The position numbers and the translations under genes are program-made. 64,000 bases of DNA from a virus. Positions 29,702 through 40,400 of this stretch are shown here, one piece after another. The DNA is taken from positions 1 through 64,000 of the IMG/VR virus record IMGVR_UViG_3300048837_000549; one strand, written 5' to 3'. The first letter of the stretch is position 1, and each line of letters opens with the position of its first letter. The notes beneath the pieces are model-generated. The model did no database searches and had not been told where the DNA came from. It saw nothing but the letters and a program-made list of their open reading frames with translations.

Positions 29702-32251
29702 ATGTTAGATATAAAAGCTATAAAGAATAATATATCAGTTTTAAATAGTACTGGGGCAACAATAAACGCATTTACTTTGATAAATGTTTATAATGATGCG
29801 GGAACTTTAAAAATGCAACCAGCTAATGCTATTTTATCGTCAGGTACTGTTTATCCTGCTACACATATTTTATTAGAAACAGCATTAACAACTGAAAGTA
29901 AATTATGTACAAATTTTCAAAAATTAGATAGTGTTTCTGGTCTTTCAGGATTAACCCCCGGTGATTTATATTTAGGCTCTCTCGGACAAATAACAAGCAC
30001 TATACCTGATGGTGATTATGATATAAAACAAAAAATAGGGTTTGCAAAAGATGCCACAAATGCATTAATATCTATATTAGATAATGGTATAATAAATAAA
30101 ACCTTAGTGAATCCATTTTTATTTAAAGGTGCTATAAATTTAAATTCTGATTTTCCAACACCAACAGAAGTAAGAAATGGTTGGGTTTATATTGTACAAA
30201 CTAATGTTACCGATAATGACCCAACTAAAACTAATACCGGTCAATCGTTCCTTAGTGGAGATGAAATAGTTTGGGAAGGTTCTACATGGATAGAATTAGG
30301 TTCTACAACCTTGTGGACAAGAACAGGAACTACTTTATCTCCAGCAACTTTAAACGATAACATAGACATCGGAACAGGTATTATAACTTTAGCAGAGTCA
30401 GATTATAATATAACATTACCTAACCCTGGTTATGCGGAAGGAAAAGTTTTTTACGATAACACTAAACATGCTCTTTCATATTTCAATGATGAGCCTGATA
30501 TAACTGTAAACTTGGGGCAAGAAGTTTTAATAAGAGTTAAAAATGAAACCGGATCAACTATACCAAATGGAGCCGTAGTATATCCTTCGGGGTTTTCGGG
30601 AGGAGATGTTTTAATTGATTTAGCAATAGCTTCTGATAAAGAAAAATGTAGGTTAATCGGAGTAGTAACACATGAAATTCTATCTGGTGACACTGGGTAT
30701 GTTACAAAACTTGGAGAAGTAGCAGATGTCGATACTGATTCATTTACAAGTGGTGATGTTGTTTATCTTTCCCCGTCAGTAGCAGGAGGATTAACAAAAA
30801 CTCGCCCTACTGGTGCTAATTATATAACAAGAATTGGGGCAGTAAAAATAAAATCAGCGACAGTGGGTTCAATTGTTGTTGATATTTCTACAAGTGAACA
30901 AACCGTAGAGTCAACTCAGGATGTTGGATTCAGTAGAACAGATGATTGTACTATATCAGTCTCAGATAGTGCTACAGGTGCGACACTTACACTCACTCCA
31001 GTTGGAGCAGATTATTGCTTCTATCAATATGGGGATAAGTATTGTAAAACTACAGACTCAATTGCTTTACCCGATGAAGAAGGGTTATTTGCTATTTACT
31101 ATAATTTGGGTACTTTGGCTTATATCAAGAATCCTACTAACTCGCAAATAGAAATTGTTATCAAAAATAATCCAGTAGTAGCTTATGTATATTGGAACGC
31201 AACTGATAATAAATCAGAATATATCGGTTATGAATTACATGGGATAAATATGAGTTCTGTTACTCATGTTTATTTACACTTTGCTTTCGGTGCAAGATAT
31301 ATGTCAGGGCTTGCACCTAATACGATAGTAGCAGATGGTTCTGGAAACAGTAATGCTTCAGCACAATTCGGAGTCGATAGTGGTGCTATAGCAGATGAAG
31401 ATTTATACCTTGCTTTTCCGGGAATATTGTCAACTACTGGATTAACAATTGCTTATTTATCAGGCACTTCTGCAAATCCAACTTTAAGAACTACAACAAA
31501 TGCTGGGTTCTCTGTACTTACAACTGGAACAGGGAGACTTGCCTATAATACGATCTCAGCAGGGAACTATGTTTTAGCTGAAGTAACAAATAAAGACTTT
31601 GGATTATGTCATGTTATAGCAATAAATGAAAATAATGTGTCGAAAAGAGTAATAGCATTTGTGGGTCAAAACTTATATCCGGATATAGGCGCAGCAAGGG
31701 CAGGGGCACAAGTTGAAATCGCCACACTTAGAACAGTAGGAATACTCCCTCAAGAATCAAAAGCAATAGCCTCTTTTGTATTTGAGACACAAAACGCATA
31801 CACAAACGCTGTAAAGTCAAGAATACGAACAATATCTACTGGTGTAAATTATGTAGATTGGCGGACAACTTATTTTAACGGCTCTGGATCTGGGGCTTCA
31901 AGCGGAGTAGGTTCAACTATATTTGATGATTCTCTTTTTAAGATAATCGATAATGTAGATGCAACAAAAGCAGTTCAGTTTGAAGTTGGCGGAGTTACTA
32001 CTGGAACTACAAGAGTTGTCGCAATTCCAGATGCTAACAGTACAACGATAACAGACGAAGAACAAACAATAATGGGTAGAAAATATTTTACCCCTGATAT
32101 AGATAGTACAACAGCCTATCAATTTTTTAAAGCGGACGGTGTAACGCCATTGCTAACAGTGGACAGTACAAACGAATTGTTATTAGATAAAGATGACAAA
32201 GAGTTAATAAATAAAAATAGAGCGATAGCATACGCAATAGCTTTAGGATAA
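29702..32251 (+). CDS. tail fibre/appendage protein
   Basis: Repeated N.TG.TI..G.VVY and GD.YLS...G.LT modules; C-terminal AIAYAIALG. Confidence 0.7.
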   Translation: MLDIKAIKNNISVLNSTGATINAFTLINVYNDAGTLKMQPANAILSSGTVYPATHILLETALTTESKLCTNFQKLDSVSGLSGLTPGDLYLGSLGQITSTIPDGDYDIKQKIGFAKDATNALISILDNGIINKTLVNPFLFKGAINLNSDFPTPTEVRNGWVYIVQTNVTDNDPTKTNTGQSFLSGDEIVWEGSTWIELGSTTLWTRTGTTLSPATLNDNIDIGTGIITLAESDYNITLPNPGYAEGKVFYDNTKHALSYFNDEPDITVNLGQEVLIRVKNETGSTIPNGAVVYPSGFSGGDVLIDLAIASDKEKCRLIGVVTHEILSGDTGYVTKLGEVADVDTDSFTSGDVVYLSPSVAGGLTKTRPTGANYITRIGAVKIKSATVGSIVVDISTSEQTVESTQDVGFSRTDDCTISVSDSATGATLTLTPVGADYCFYQYGDKYCKTTDSIALPDEEGLFAIYYNLGTLAYIKNPTNSQIEIVIKNNPVVAYVYWNATDNKSEYIGYELHGINMSSVTHVYLHFAFGARYMSGLAPNTIVADGSGNSNASAQFGVDSGAIADEDLYLAFPGILSTTGLTIAYLSGTSANPTLRTTTNAGFSVLTTGTGRLAYNTISAGNYVLAEVTNKDFGLCHVIAINENNVSKRVIAFVGQNLYPDIGAARAGAQVEIATLRTVGILPQESKAIASFVFETQNAYTNAVKSRIRTISTGVNYVDWRTTYFNGSGSGASSGVGSTIFDDSLFKIIDNVDATKAVQFEVGGVTTGTTRVVAIPDANSTTITDEEQTIMGRKYFTPDIDSTTAYQFFKADGVTPLLTVDSTNELLLDKDDKELINKNRAIAYAIALG

Positions 32252-32266
32252 GAGAGGAAATAAATA

Positions 32267-32575
32267 ATGGCAATAAATAATGTAGTAGTAGGTAATACAG
32301 CAACAAGCATTTTAACTGCAACGGCAGATAGTGCGGTGGTAAGTATAGTGTTTTATAATGACCACACATCAACGGTTAATTTAACATTATACGCTTATCC
32401 ATCGGGGGGAAGTGCTGGAGCTGGTAGTACTATAATGACAGTAGATATACCGACAAAGGATAGTTTTATCTGGTCAAGTGATGAGAAATTTATAATCGAA
32501 ACTGATGATGTGATTAGTGCGGTTGCTGATGTTGACGCGGTATTGACAGCTACAATATCATATTTGGCGGTGTAA
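32267..32575 (+). CDS. small structural protein accompanying the fibre
   Basis: Beta-rich; the type of gene that typically follows AIA.AIALG-ending fibres. Confidence 0.55.
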   Translation: MAINNVVVGNTATSILTATADSAVVSIVFYNDHTSTVNLTLYAYPSGGSAGAGSTIMTVDIPTKDSFIWSSDEKFIIETDDVISAVADVDAVLTATISYLAV

Positions 32576-32577
32576 TT

Positions 32578-32967
32578 ATGGCTGGATTAGTTAATAGAAG
32601 CGGATACATTACAGACATAAATATAAGCGGTAATTTATCAGTTGCGGGTTTTTCCAAAGTTGGAGACGCTGCTCCGAAGATTAAGTGTAAAAAGCTAACA
32701 GGAACGACATCAAGTACTGAGGGTGGGGCATCAGGAGTATTGCACGGATTAACACAAAGTAAAATTATTAGTTTTACTGTTATAATACAATTTGACAGTA
32801 CAACAATTATGCCGCTAAATTATAATCCCGGCACTGGCGGAAATCAAGGATTTGAGGCTCATGCTTATTTGAGTACGGGAAATACCGTAACCGTGGTAAA
32901 CCATGCAACAAATAGCGAAAACATATTAAGCAAGCCATATATCGTTACGATATGGTATGAGGAGTAA
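32578..32967 (+). CDS. fibre-associated structural protein
   Basis: KKLTGTT...HGL...KII; context. Confidence 0.5.
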   Translation: MAGLVNRSGYITDINISGNLSVAGFSKVGDAAPKIKCKKLTGTTSSTEGGASGVLHGLTQSKIISFTVIIQFDSTTIMPLNYNPGTGGNQGFEAHAYLSTGNTVTVVNHATNSENILSKPYIVTIWYEE

Positions 32968-32972
32968 ACAAT

Positions 32973-34529
32973 ATGGCAGAATTATTAAAATCAAAAGGTT
33001 ACCAAAAGAAAGGTACTGCACTGTTCATCCAATCTGGAATAGCTGCGAGTATTACCACTAACGGATTTTTTAAAATAGCAACGACAGAAATGTATAATGA
33101 TAGTGATAGCATAACAGTTATTTCAGACGAAGAAATACAATTAAAAGCTGGTAAAAAATATAAACTAAAAGCGTCATTATCTGTAGATACGTCTGGAAGC
33201 TCATATATTAACTATAAATTATATAATTCAACAATCTCAGCAGTTGTCGGAACAATAGCAACAATAAATACTTCTACAAGGGCGGAAAGTTCAGGAGCTA
33301 ACACAACAGCTAATTTAATAATAGCTCCGACAGTTGACACAAAAATAAAACTACAACACCTCGGAGCCGATACAACAACAGCTTATACGACATCACTTGA
33401 AGTTGAAGAAGTCGAAGCATATAATCAAGTTATAAATTATCAAGATCATAATTCTTTAACAAACAGAGATGCGGCGGGAAGTCATTCAAGTTTTACACCT
33501 TTGGCAGACAGCACTACAGCTTTCCAGTTTTTGAAGGCTGATGGTGTAACGCCTGTTTTGGGGATTGACTCTATTAATGGGAGGGTTGGTATAGGGACAG
33601 CAAGTCCCTCACAAAGATTAGAAGTATACTCGACTACATCATCTACTGCTGGATTTATTGCAACTGGCGAAGGTATTGCGGGACTTGTTCGCGGAAAAAG
33701 ACTGAATGGGACAAGTGCCTCACCAACTGCTATTTTAAGTGGTGAAAATGTTGCTCGGTTTGTTGCTATTGGTCAAAATACGGATGGTAATTCAACCCCT
33801 TGTGGTGATATGTCTATTGTTGCTGAGGCAAACTTTGGCGCAGTTAATAACGCCCCTACTGCTTTGGTTTTTTCTACATCAAGTACTACTGCCCTAACTG
33901 AAAAGATGAGAATAACAAGTGCTGGCAATGTAGGTATAGGAAATGTTTCACCTTACGCTATATCCAATTATGTAGCTTTAACAATAGGTGATAACGATGC
34001 CGCTAAAGCTGGTCTGATAAAATTATCAAGCACATATAATTCAGGAAGTGGTGCTGAAATATTCCAGCTTGCAAATGGTGATTTTGCGATAAACTCTAAT
34101 CCGTCTACAAGGGTGCTCACCATTACTGCTGCTGGTCTAATAAAATCAACTCAAACATACGCCAATACGTCAGCAGGGGTCAGTAATTTAGGTGTATCGA
34201 TACAGGGTGAGTTTTACAGGTCAACGTCCGCTTTGAAATACAAGAAAGACGTTGAGGATTTGCCATCGGATGATTCTAAAATAATCTACGCCATGCGACC
34301 AGTTATATATAATTCAGCTTGTGAGAATGAAGAAAGCCCAGAATATAAATTTGCTGGACTAATCGCAGATGAAGTTGATAAACTGGGGGACGCAGGTAAG
34401 AGGCTTGTAACATATAACAATGAGGGCGAAGTTGAGGGATTTCAATATGAAAGACTTACAGTTTATCTTTTAAAGGAAATTCAAGAACTCAAAAAAGAAA
34501 TTGATAAAATAAAAGGAGATAACGCATGA
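32973..34529 (+). CDS. tail fibre with C-terminal peptidase S74 intramolecular chaperone
   Basis: GRVGIGT.SP, EKMRITSAGNVGIG repeats; SALKYKKDV...RPV.Y...GLIADEV...YERL...IQEL. Confidence 0.85.
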   Translation: MAELLKSKGYQKKGTALFIQSGIAASITTNGFFKIATTEMYNDSDSITVISDEEIQLKAGKKYKLKASLSVDTSGSSYINYKLYNSTISAVVGTIATINTSTRAESSGANTTANLIIAPTVDTKIKLQHLGADTTTAYTTSLEVEEVEAYNQVINYQDHNSLTNRDAAGSHSSFTPLADSTTAFQFLKADGVTPVLGIDSINGRVGIGTASPSQRLEVYSTTSSTAGFIATGEGIAGLVRGKRLNGTSASPTAILSGENVARFVAIGQNTDGNSTPCGDMSIVAEANFGAVNNAPTALVFSTSSTTALTEKMRITSAGNVGIGNVSPYAISNYVALTIGDNDAAKAGLIKLSSTYNSGSGAEIFQLANGDFAINSNPSTRVLTITAAGLIKSTQTYANTSAGVSNLGVSIQGEFYRSTSALKYKKDVEDLPSDDSKIIYAMRPVIYNSACENEESPEYKFAGLIADEVDKLGDAGKRLVTYNNEGEVEGFQYERLTVYLLKEIQELKKEIDKIKGDNA

Positions 34530-34705
34530 TAATCAAAGCAGACCAACAAGGCGTGCAAGTATTACACCAACTCGCAGACGTAGTATTAAAATCAGGTGGC
34601 ATTCAGAACCTGCAAGCAATCAATGAGTTTTTGTCGAAGATTGAATTGATACCGGAAGAAAAACAAGAAGAAGTATTTGATAATGTGAAAAGTAAACAAG
34701 TATAA
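34526..34705 (+). CDS. small fibre-associated protein (59 aa)
   Basis: AGGAG RBS, ATGA overlap with the fibre stop; read from the sequence. Confidence 0.55.
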   Translation: MIIKADQQGVQVLHQLADVVLKSGGIQNLQAINEFLSKIELIPEEKQEEVFDNVKSKQV

Positions 34706-34715
34706 GAGGAAATAG

Positions 34716-35096
34716 ATGATAAATAAGAGATTTGAGATAACAGCAGCCACAATAAATGCAGGTACCGCTATTGAAAGTGATGTAGAAATTACTAAAATAA
34801 TTCCAGCAATAAATGGGGATACAGATACTCGTTATTTATATCCTCAACAATTACAAGTTATAAATGATTGTGGAGGTAATATTGAATGGCTAAGTTTATC
34901 ATCTATTGAAGAATATGAAGAATATACAGATAATCCTTCATTATTCACTTTTGTAAGATTACCTAATGGATATTCATTACAAGACGACTTTACAAGTTTT
35001 GGTAGGTGTTATAAATTTATTATTAAATTATATAGTGGTACAGCTACATCAGATTTAACATTAGAATTTATAAATTATCGTAATAGCTTAAAATAA
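34716..35096 (+). CDS. structural protein, paralog of 26032
   Basis: Same length (126 aa) and shared motifs. Confidence 0.55.
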   Translation: MINKRFEITAATINAGTAIESDVEITKIIPAINGDTDTRYLYPQQLQVINDCGGNIEWLSLSSIEEYEEYTDNPSLFTFVRLPNGYSLQDDFTSFGRCYKFIIKLYSGTATSDLTLEFINYRNSLK

Positions 35097-35185
35097 GAGT
35101 TCCTTAATATAGTGCTCTTGTTTGATATATAGCACCAAGATGTAGGTCACTAAAACTTACCCGACAAGGTACTTTACTACTCACC

Positions 35186-35225
35186 AAAAAGCTATTGGGT
35201 AAAACTAATGGCTTTTTTTATTTTT
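35186..35225 (+). terminator. intrinsic terminator
   Basis: AAAAAGCTATTGG-GTAAAA-CTAATGGCTTTTTTT. Confidence 0.75.
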
Positions 35226-35275
35226 GAAAATAAAAATACTAATAATTAAAATTGTATTGAAACGAGGATTATAAA

Positions 35276-35581
35276 ATGAAAAGATATGAATTTAAAAAGC
35301 CTACTGATTTAAGCATACTTGAAGAATCAAGATTAAAAGAAGCTAGTTTTATGGTTAACAATATTGCTTCAGCAGAAAATAGTCTGATAGGAGTAATAGG
35401 AATTATAAATAAAATTAAAAGACAACCAACGGCGGCTGCTAATATCCTAGGTCAAGCTCTGATTACTGGTATTGATTCTATGGACCCAGATATAGAAGAT
35501 GACAGATTAAAAACAGCTAGAAAACAACTTGTAATTAAAACTTTAATAAAATATCTTATTTCTTACAGAAAATCCCTATAA
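35276..35581 (+). CDS. MKRY-tagged protein
   Basis: MKRYEFKK...LEES; late motif at 35237. Confidence 0.6.
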   Translation: MKRYEFKKPTDLSILEESRLKEASFMVNNIASAENSLIGVIGIINKIKRQPTAAANILGQALITGIDSMDPDIEDDRLKTARKQLVIKTLIKYLISYRKSL

Positions 35582-35595
35582 TAGGTAAAAATAAT

Positions 35596-36036
35596 ATGTT
35601 TAGTTTAATATGGAATTATGCAAAATCAAATGCAATAACTATTCTATCTAAAGTCAATATAAAAAATATTGCTAAAGGAGTTGAAACAGTGATTGACAAA
35701 TCAGCTAAAAAAATAAATGAAACTAAGACGGTAGAGTTTGATGGTAAAAAAGTTAAAGAGCCTAACTGGCAACGTAAATTTCCTTTTACATTTTTCTTTG
35801 GAGGTGGTAAGTTTCAGCCTCTTTATTTTTGGATTTTTTCTTTTTGCACTCTTGCTTTGGCTATGTTATTTGTTAAAATTTATGCTGCATGGAAAGCAAT
35901 AAAAACCGGTACATATGATTCTGAAATGATTAGTACTGCTGATCTCGGAGTAGTTCTTGGTTTTATTTCTTCCCTAATTCTTTTATATAATAATGGCAAA
36001 AAAAATAAGGTTAATAAAGAGGAAGAGGCTTCATAA
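35596..36036 (+). CDS. membrane protein (holin candidate)
   Basis: Two hydrophobic segments, basic C-terminus. Confidence 0.45.
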   Translation: MFSLIWNYAKSNAITILSKVNIKNIAKGVETVIDKSAKKINETKTVEFDGKKVKEPNWQRKFPFTFFFGGGKFQPLYFWIFSFCTLALAMLFVKIYAAWKAIKTGTYDSEMISTADLGVVLGFISSLILLYNNGKKNKVNKEEEAS

Positions 36037-36428
36037 TGGATATATTTAAAGTTAATAATATCTTAGATTTATTAAATATTCTTTTTGTATCAATAAATAT
36101 ATTTAGTGCTCTATACATAAAGTATTTGATTTATAAATCCAATAAGCTATATAAATTTTGTATAATTAACGTAAGAGAGCGTAAAATTATTGATATTATT
36201 TTAGCAATTGAAATGTTGTTTTTTGCTGCTATTTATGTGTTTCTTCAGTCTAATAGAAATGAACAATTTGGGGGTATTACTGATCCAAGTTTGCTTTTAT
36301 ACACAGTAGCTGAATTAGTAAAAGGATTAAGCTTTATGTTATATTTATTTTTAAATATTATTGAAATTAAAAAAGGATTGAAGAAATTATTTGAAAGAAA
36401 GGGAATAATACATGGATGTGACTGCTAA
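36036..36428 (+). CDS. membrane protein (3 predicted TM segments)
   Basis: Hydrophobic segments. Confidence 0.5.
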   Translation: MDIFKVNNILDLLNILFVSINIFSALYIKYLIYKSNKLYKFCIINVRERKIIDIILAIEMLFFAAIYVFLQSNRNEQFGGITDPSLLLYTVAELVKGLSFMLYLFLNIIEIKKGLKKLFERKGIIHGCDC

Positions 36429-37179
36429 AGAACTTGGGGAGTTTATTGCGTATGGGACGGCAGTTTCATATGCATTTTTTAAGATTTTTCAAAATGTTTT
36501 CAGCTTTTTAAAAGGTATTTTTAAAAAAGATAAAGATAAGTCTGGCGTCACTGTCAATATAAATAGTCAAAATGCTCCTAAAGAATTTGAAAAGGATGAT
36601 TACAGATATTTTTTATATTTTTTACTTGAGCAAGGTAAAATACTAAGAGCAATGCACGATTTAAAATCTGATATATTAAAAGAACAAATGGATTACCTCA
36701 GCAGACATGTTCAAGATATAAAAGTCAATATGACAGGACTGATGATGAAACATTTATATGATCTATTAGATAAAGAAATTATATCAGAAATAAAATATGA
36801 AACATATCTTATGAATTTTGAAAATTTTCTAGAAATATTAGAGTATCAAACTACAGAAACTTTCAGAAAAATGTGCAAAGATAATCACTTTTCAGATTAT
36901 ACTCAATCTGAGTATAGAGATGTTATTACAAGAAATGTATCAATTATTGAGGGGGAAATTAATGAATTGATTCGTAAAAGATACCCTCAGCGAGATTTAA
37001 TAAGAGAGATACAAAATCTAAATCAAATAAAAATAATGATTCGTATCAGTCTAAAAGATTGTTTAGAACACGCAAGAGACGTTTCTATAGAGAAGAGCGG
37101 GAAGGTTAATGAAGCTAAAAAATGTTTTGAAAAAAGAATTGAGGAAGCTATAGGAATCCCTTATAGTTTAGAGTTATAA
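36412..37179 (+). CDS. N-terminally membrane-anchored helical protein
   Basis: Hydrophobic N-terminus, helical remainder. Confidence 0.5.
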   Translation: MDVTAKELGEFIAYGTAVSYAFFKIFQNVFSFLKGIFKKDKDKSGVTVNINSQNAPKEFEKDDYRYFLYFLLEQGKILRAMHDLKSDILKEQMDYLSRHVQDIKVNMTGLMMKHLYDLLDKEIISEIKYETYLMNFENFLEILEYQTTETFRKMCKDNHFSDYTQSEYRDVITRNVSIIEGEINELIRKRYPQRDLIREIQNLNQIKIMIRISLKDCLEHARDVSIEKSGKVNEAKKCFEKRIEEAIGIPYSLEL

Positions 37180-37397
37180 TGTTTAAATTCAAAGTTAAAC
37201 CTAAGGTTAAGTTATCGAAACTAATTAAAGATAAAGAATTAGAATTAGAATCTTTAGATACTGAAGTTAAATATGAAACGCAACTAGATGAAGATGTAAC
37301 ATTTAAAGCCAGTATTAAGGCAGATTTAAACCCTCAAGTTGATTTAGGCATGAACAATATTAAAGAAGCTGAATTTAGTTTCACTAAAAAGTTTTAA
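37179..37397 (+). CDS. hypothetical protein
   Basis: ORF in an operon. Confidence 0.5.
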   Translation: MFKFKVKPKVKLSKLIKDKELELESLDTEVKYETQLDEDVTFKASIKADLNPQVDLGMNNIKEAEFSFTKKF

Positions 37398-37433
37398 CTA
37401 ATATAATATAACTATATATCGCAGGTAGATTAC

Positions 37434-40400
37434 ATGAAGTATAACGAATCATTTTTTGATTTAACAAATTCAATAGATAGACAAACATTTATTTCTGATA
37501 AAGAAAAAATTATAGACTATTTTCATCTTTATTGGTTATCTTTCCTTATATTTAAAAAACACTTTCCGAATTCACCTAAACTCTCAAAGTTTATGAAGAC
37601 AATGTCTAAAACACAAATAAAAAATATAGATGATGGGAACGATCTTGCATCAATAACTAAATATGCTAATGACTTAGGGTTACTAAGTGGTACCTCAGTT
37701 AATGCTTTAACCAAATTTCTTTTTCTGATGAAGACCTCAAAAGATTTACAAATAGATGAAAGTTTAGTTCGTAAATGGTTTGTGTCCTCCTCAAATATAC
37801 ACCTTCCTGAAAATACATTTTTAAAACAAGCTAGAAAAGATTTTGTAGCTGGTGCTACATTACTTGATATCTACCCATTGGTTTTAAAATATTTTAAAGC
37901 TAAGAAATCAGAATTACAAATAACACAAATATATCATTTTCTAACTTATAGTGCTTTTACTGTAAATATTCTACAAGCAAAAGGAGTTATAGCAAATACA
38001 CCATCTCCTGCAGTAGTATCTCAAGTGGCTACAGACGCTCGCACTGATAGTGTTGTACCTGTGCAAACTACTACTCAATCAGTCGTCTCAAATAAAATCG
38101 ATATAAGTAAAATAGAAGCTTATATCGATGAGATAAAAATAAAGGGCATGAAGGAAGATAAAGAATTATTAGATGATAGAAATTATGTTATATCTACTGT
38201 TTTATATTCTGGTTCAGAGGGTTGGTTAGGGAGACTCGATCCCAATTTATCTCTTGAGAATATTAATGCATTAAAACCTTACATTTTTGATGAATACTTA
38301 GAGTTAATAAAGCTTCCACTAAAATCTTTAGAATCCAGAATAAATTTACAGGCGTTTCTAAATTTCATGTTCGCTTTTTTAATAAAGAGTAAAGAGCTTG
38401 CGACCATTGATAAAAAGATTTCCTTATTCAAGCCTATTATAAAAAATGAAAAATTTTATTTAAAACTGGATGTAGAAGATTTCAATTATCTCTTTACAAC
38501 TCAGTCTACGTGCGGTGATCTCATTTTTAATTTTCTAGTTAAAGAAAAAGAAGTTTTAATTGCTTTACTTGAAGCCGGAAGTTCCCTCACAGATAACACA
38601 ACTTTAATTGTTAAAAATTATGGAAGTGAAACTCCTGATGATTTTATTGAAAAATTGGATGCTCGTTTCAAAATGTTTTCTACATCAAAATCTAGTATTC
38701 TAATAAATAAGTTGATTGATAAATATGATAGTATAGAAATAGTTGCTTTGTTACAGACAGTAATAAAAAAGAAGCAACGTTATTCACCACGATATTCAAA
38801 ATCTACCCGCAGATTAAACTTAGATTTAATATTCTATATATTATTTCAATATTATGAAAATAAGAAAATTTCTTTTGGGGACGTAGTACGCCTTATTGTA
38901 ACGGAAGGAGCGTATAAGGATCGTGTTACTGCTTATATTAGATGGAAATACAAAGAATTATTTGATATATCTAAATTATCTGATGAGGAAATTATTCAGT
39001 CCTATTTAGATTTAGGGGATAAAGATTTAAATGAAGTTCACAAGGAATTAGTTTCTATCAAAAGAGAACATCTATTTCTACCTTATATACTTCAGGATAG
39101 TTATGCTTATAGAATACTATCATATCCTTTCGAGGAATCGTCGAGGTATAACTTTGGAATAGATGCATTCAAAGCGAATAAGAATTATAAAGAGTTAATA
39201 AGAACTTATGTTACTAATGCAAAAAACTTAAAAGACTTAGAATATATGCTCAAACAATCTGAGGATAAAGACTTCTTCTCATTTCTATTAGATTGTTTTC
39301 CAGATGAAAACAGTAAAATAAAATTTTTTACATCTCTTGTAGAAATAAATTTGTCCCTAACGTCTATGTATCTCTATAAGATATACTTCAATCTCCCCAC
39401 CAAACAAATATTTGATATATGGGTAGATATAAATAATGGTAGAATTGGTTCGAAACGACTAACTACTTCTTATATTTCATCGGTTCGTAATAAAGAAGAT
39501 GATCTATATAAAAAAGAATTCTATACTTTATTATTCGACTATATGTGTCTAAACAACTTTACCAGTTTTGATTCAGACTATGCGGTTCAGGGAAATATTA
39601 AGAATTATGTAATGGAGAACAATGAGTCCCTTAAAAAATTAAGGCTTGAATGGTTACAGAAGTATAAAGATAGTACCAACCCAGATATACGTAACTCTAC
39701 TAAAATAACATGGATTTTTAATGAAAAATATCTGGAAGTAAATAAAGACACCCTCTGGGATAGTTTTGGTATAGGGGTATTCAGTTATTTCAAAGCATCT
39801 TTTACTCTTACTATTTTTCTAAAATACTTATTAGATGAAAAAAAGTATTCTGATGTAATAGATAATATAGATTTCTTTTTTAGAAACTTCGCCACAATTA
39901 AAATATTCCAACTTTTATTTTTTGAATACCCTGATTTTTTTAATAGTTATTTCGATATAATACTTGATTCTATAGAAAAAAATTCAAAGCGTGAGATAAC
40001 TAATATACTTGATGATACATTAGAAGAAATAATTAAGAGTGATAAAAAAGAACTAATTCCTACGTTACTAAAGATATTGAATAAGGATGTATGGTTGAAG
40101 AGTTTAATTGCTGAGATCACGGATGCTAAATTGTATCTAGAATCTATTTCACTAAGTTTTCTGGCACTACTCGAAAAATATCAAATAAAGGAAATAGACT
40201 CACTACTTTTACGTATACAAGAAGAAGATGAGAAAGTATTTAAAAAAATGGTATACATAATGAAAAGATCTTTTTTATCGGAGAGTGTCTATTCTGATTT
40301 ACTCTTTTCAGAAAATAATCCTCTTCCTCTTGAGGATATAGCTTTTACAAGACAGAATATTAAAAATTTTCTAAAAGTAAATGATGAAAATTTACAATTG

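Noticed and set aside
29702-34529. Diversity-generating retroelement or invertible tail-fibre system
   Set aside because: No reverse transcriptase or invertase in the window, and the shared fibre segment differs at all base types, not only at adenines.
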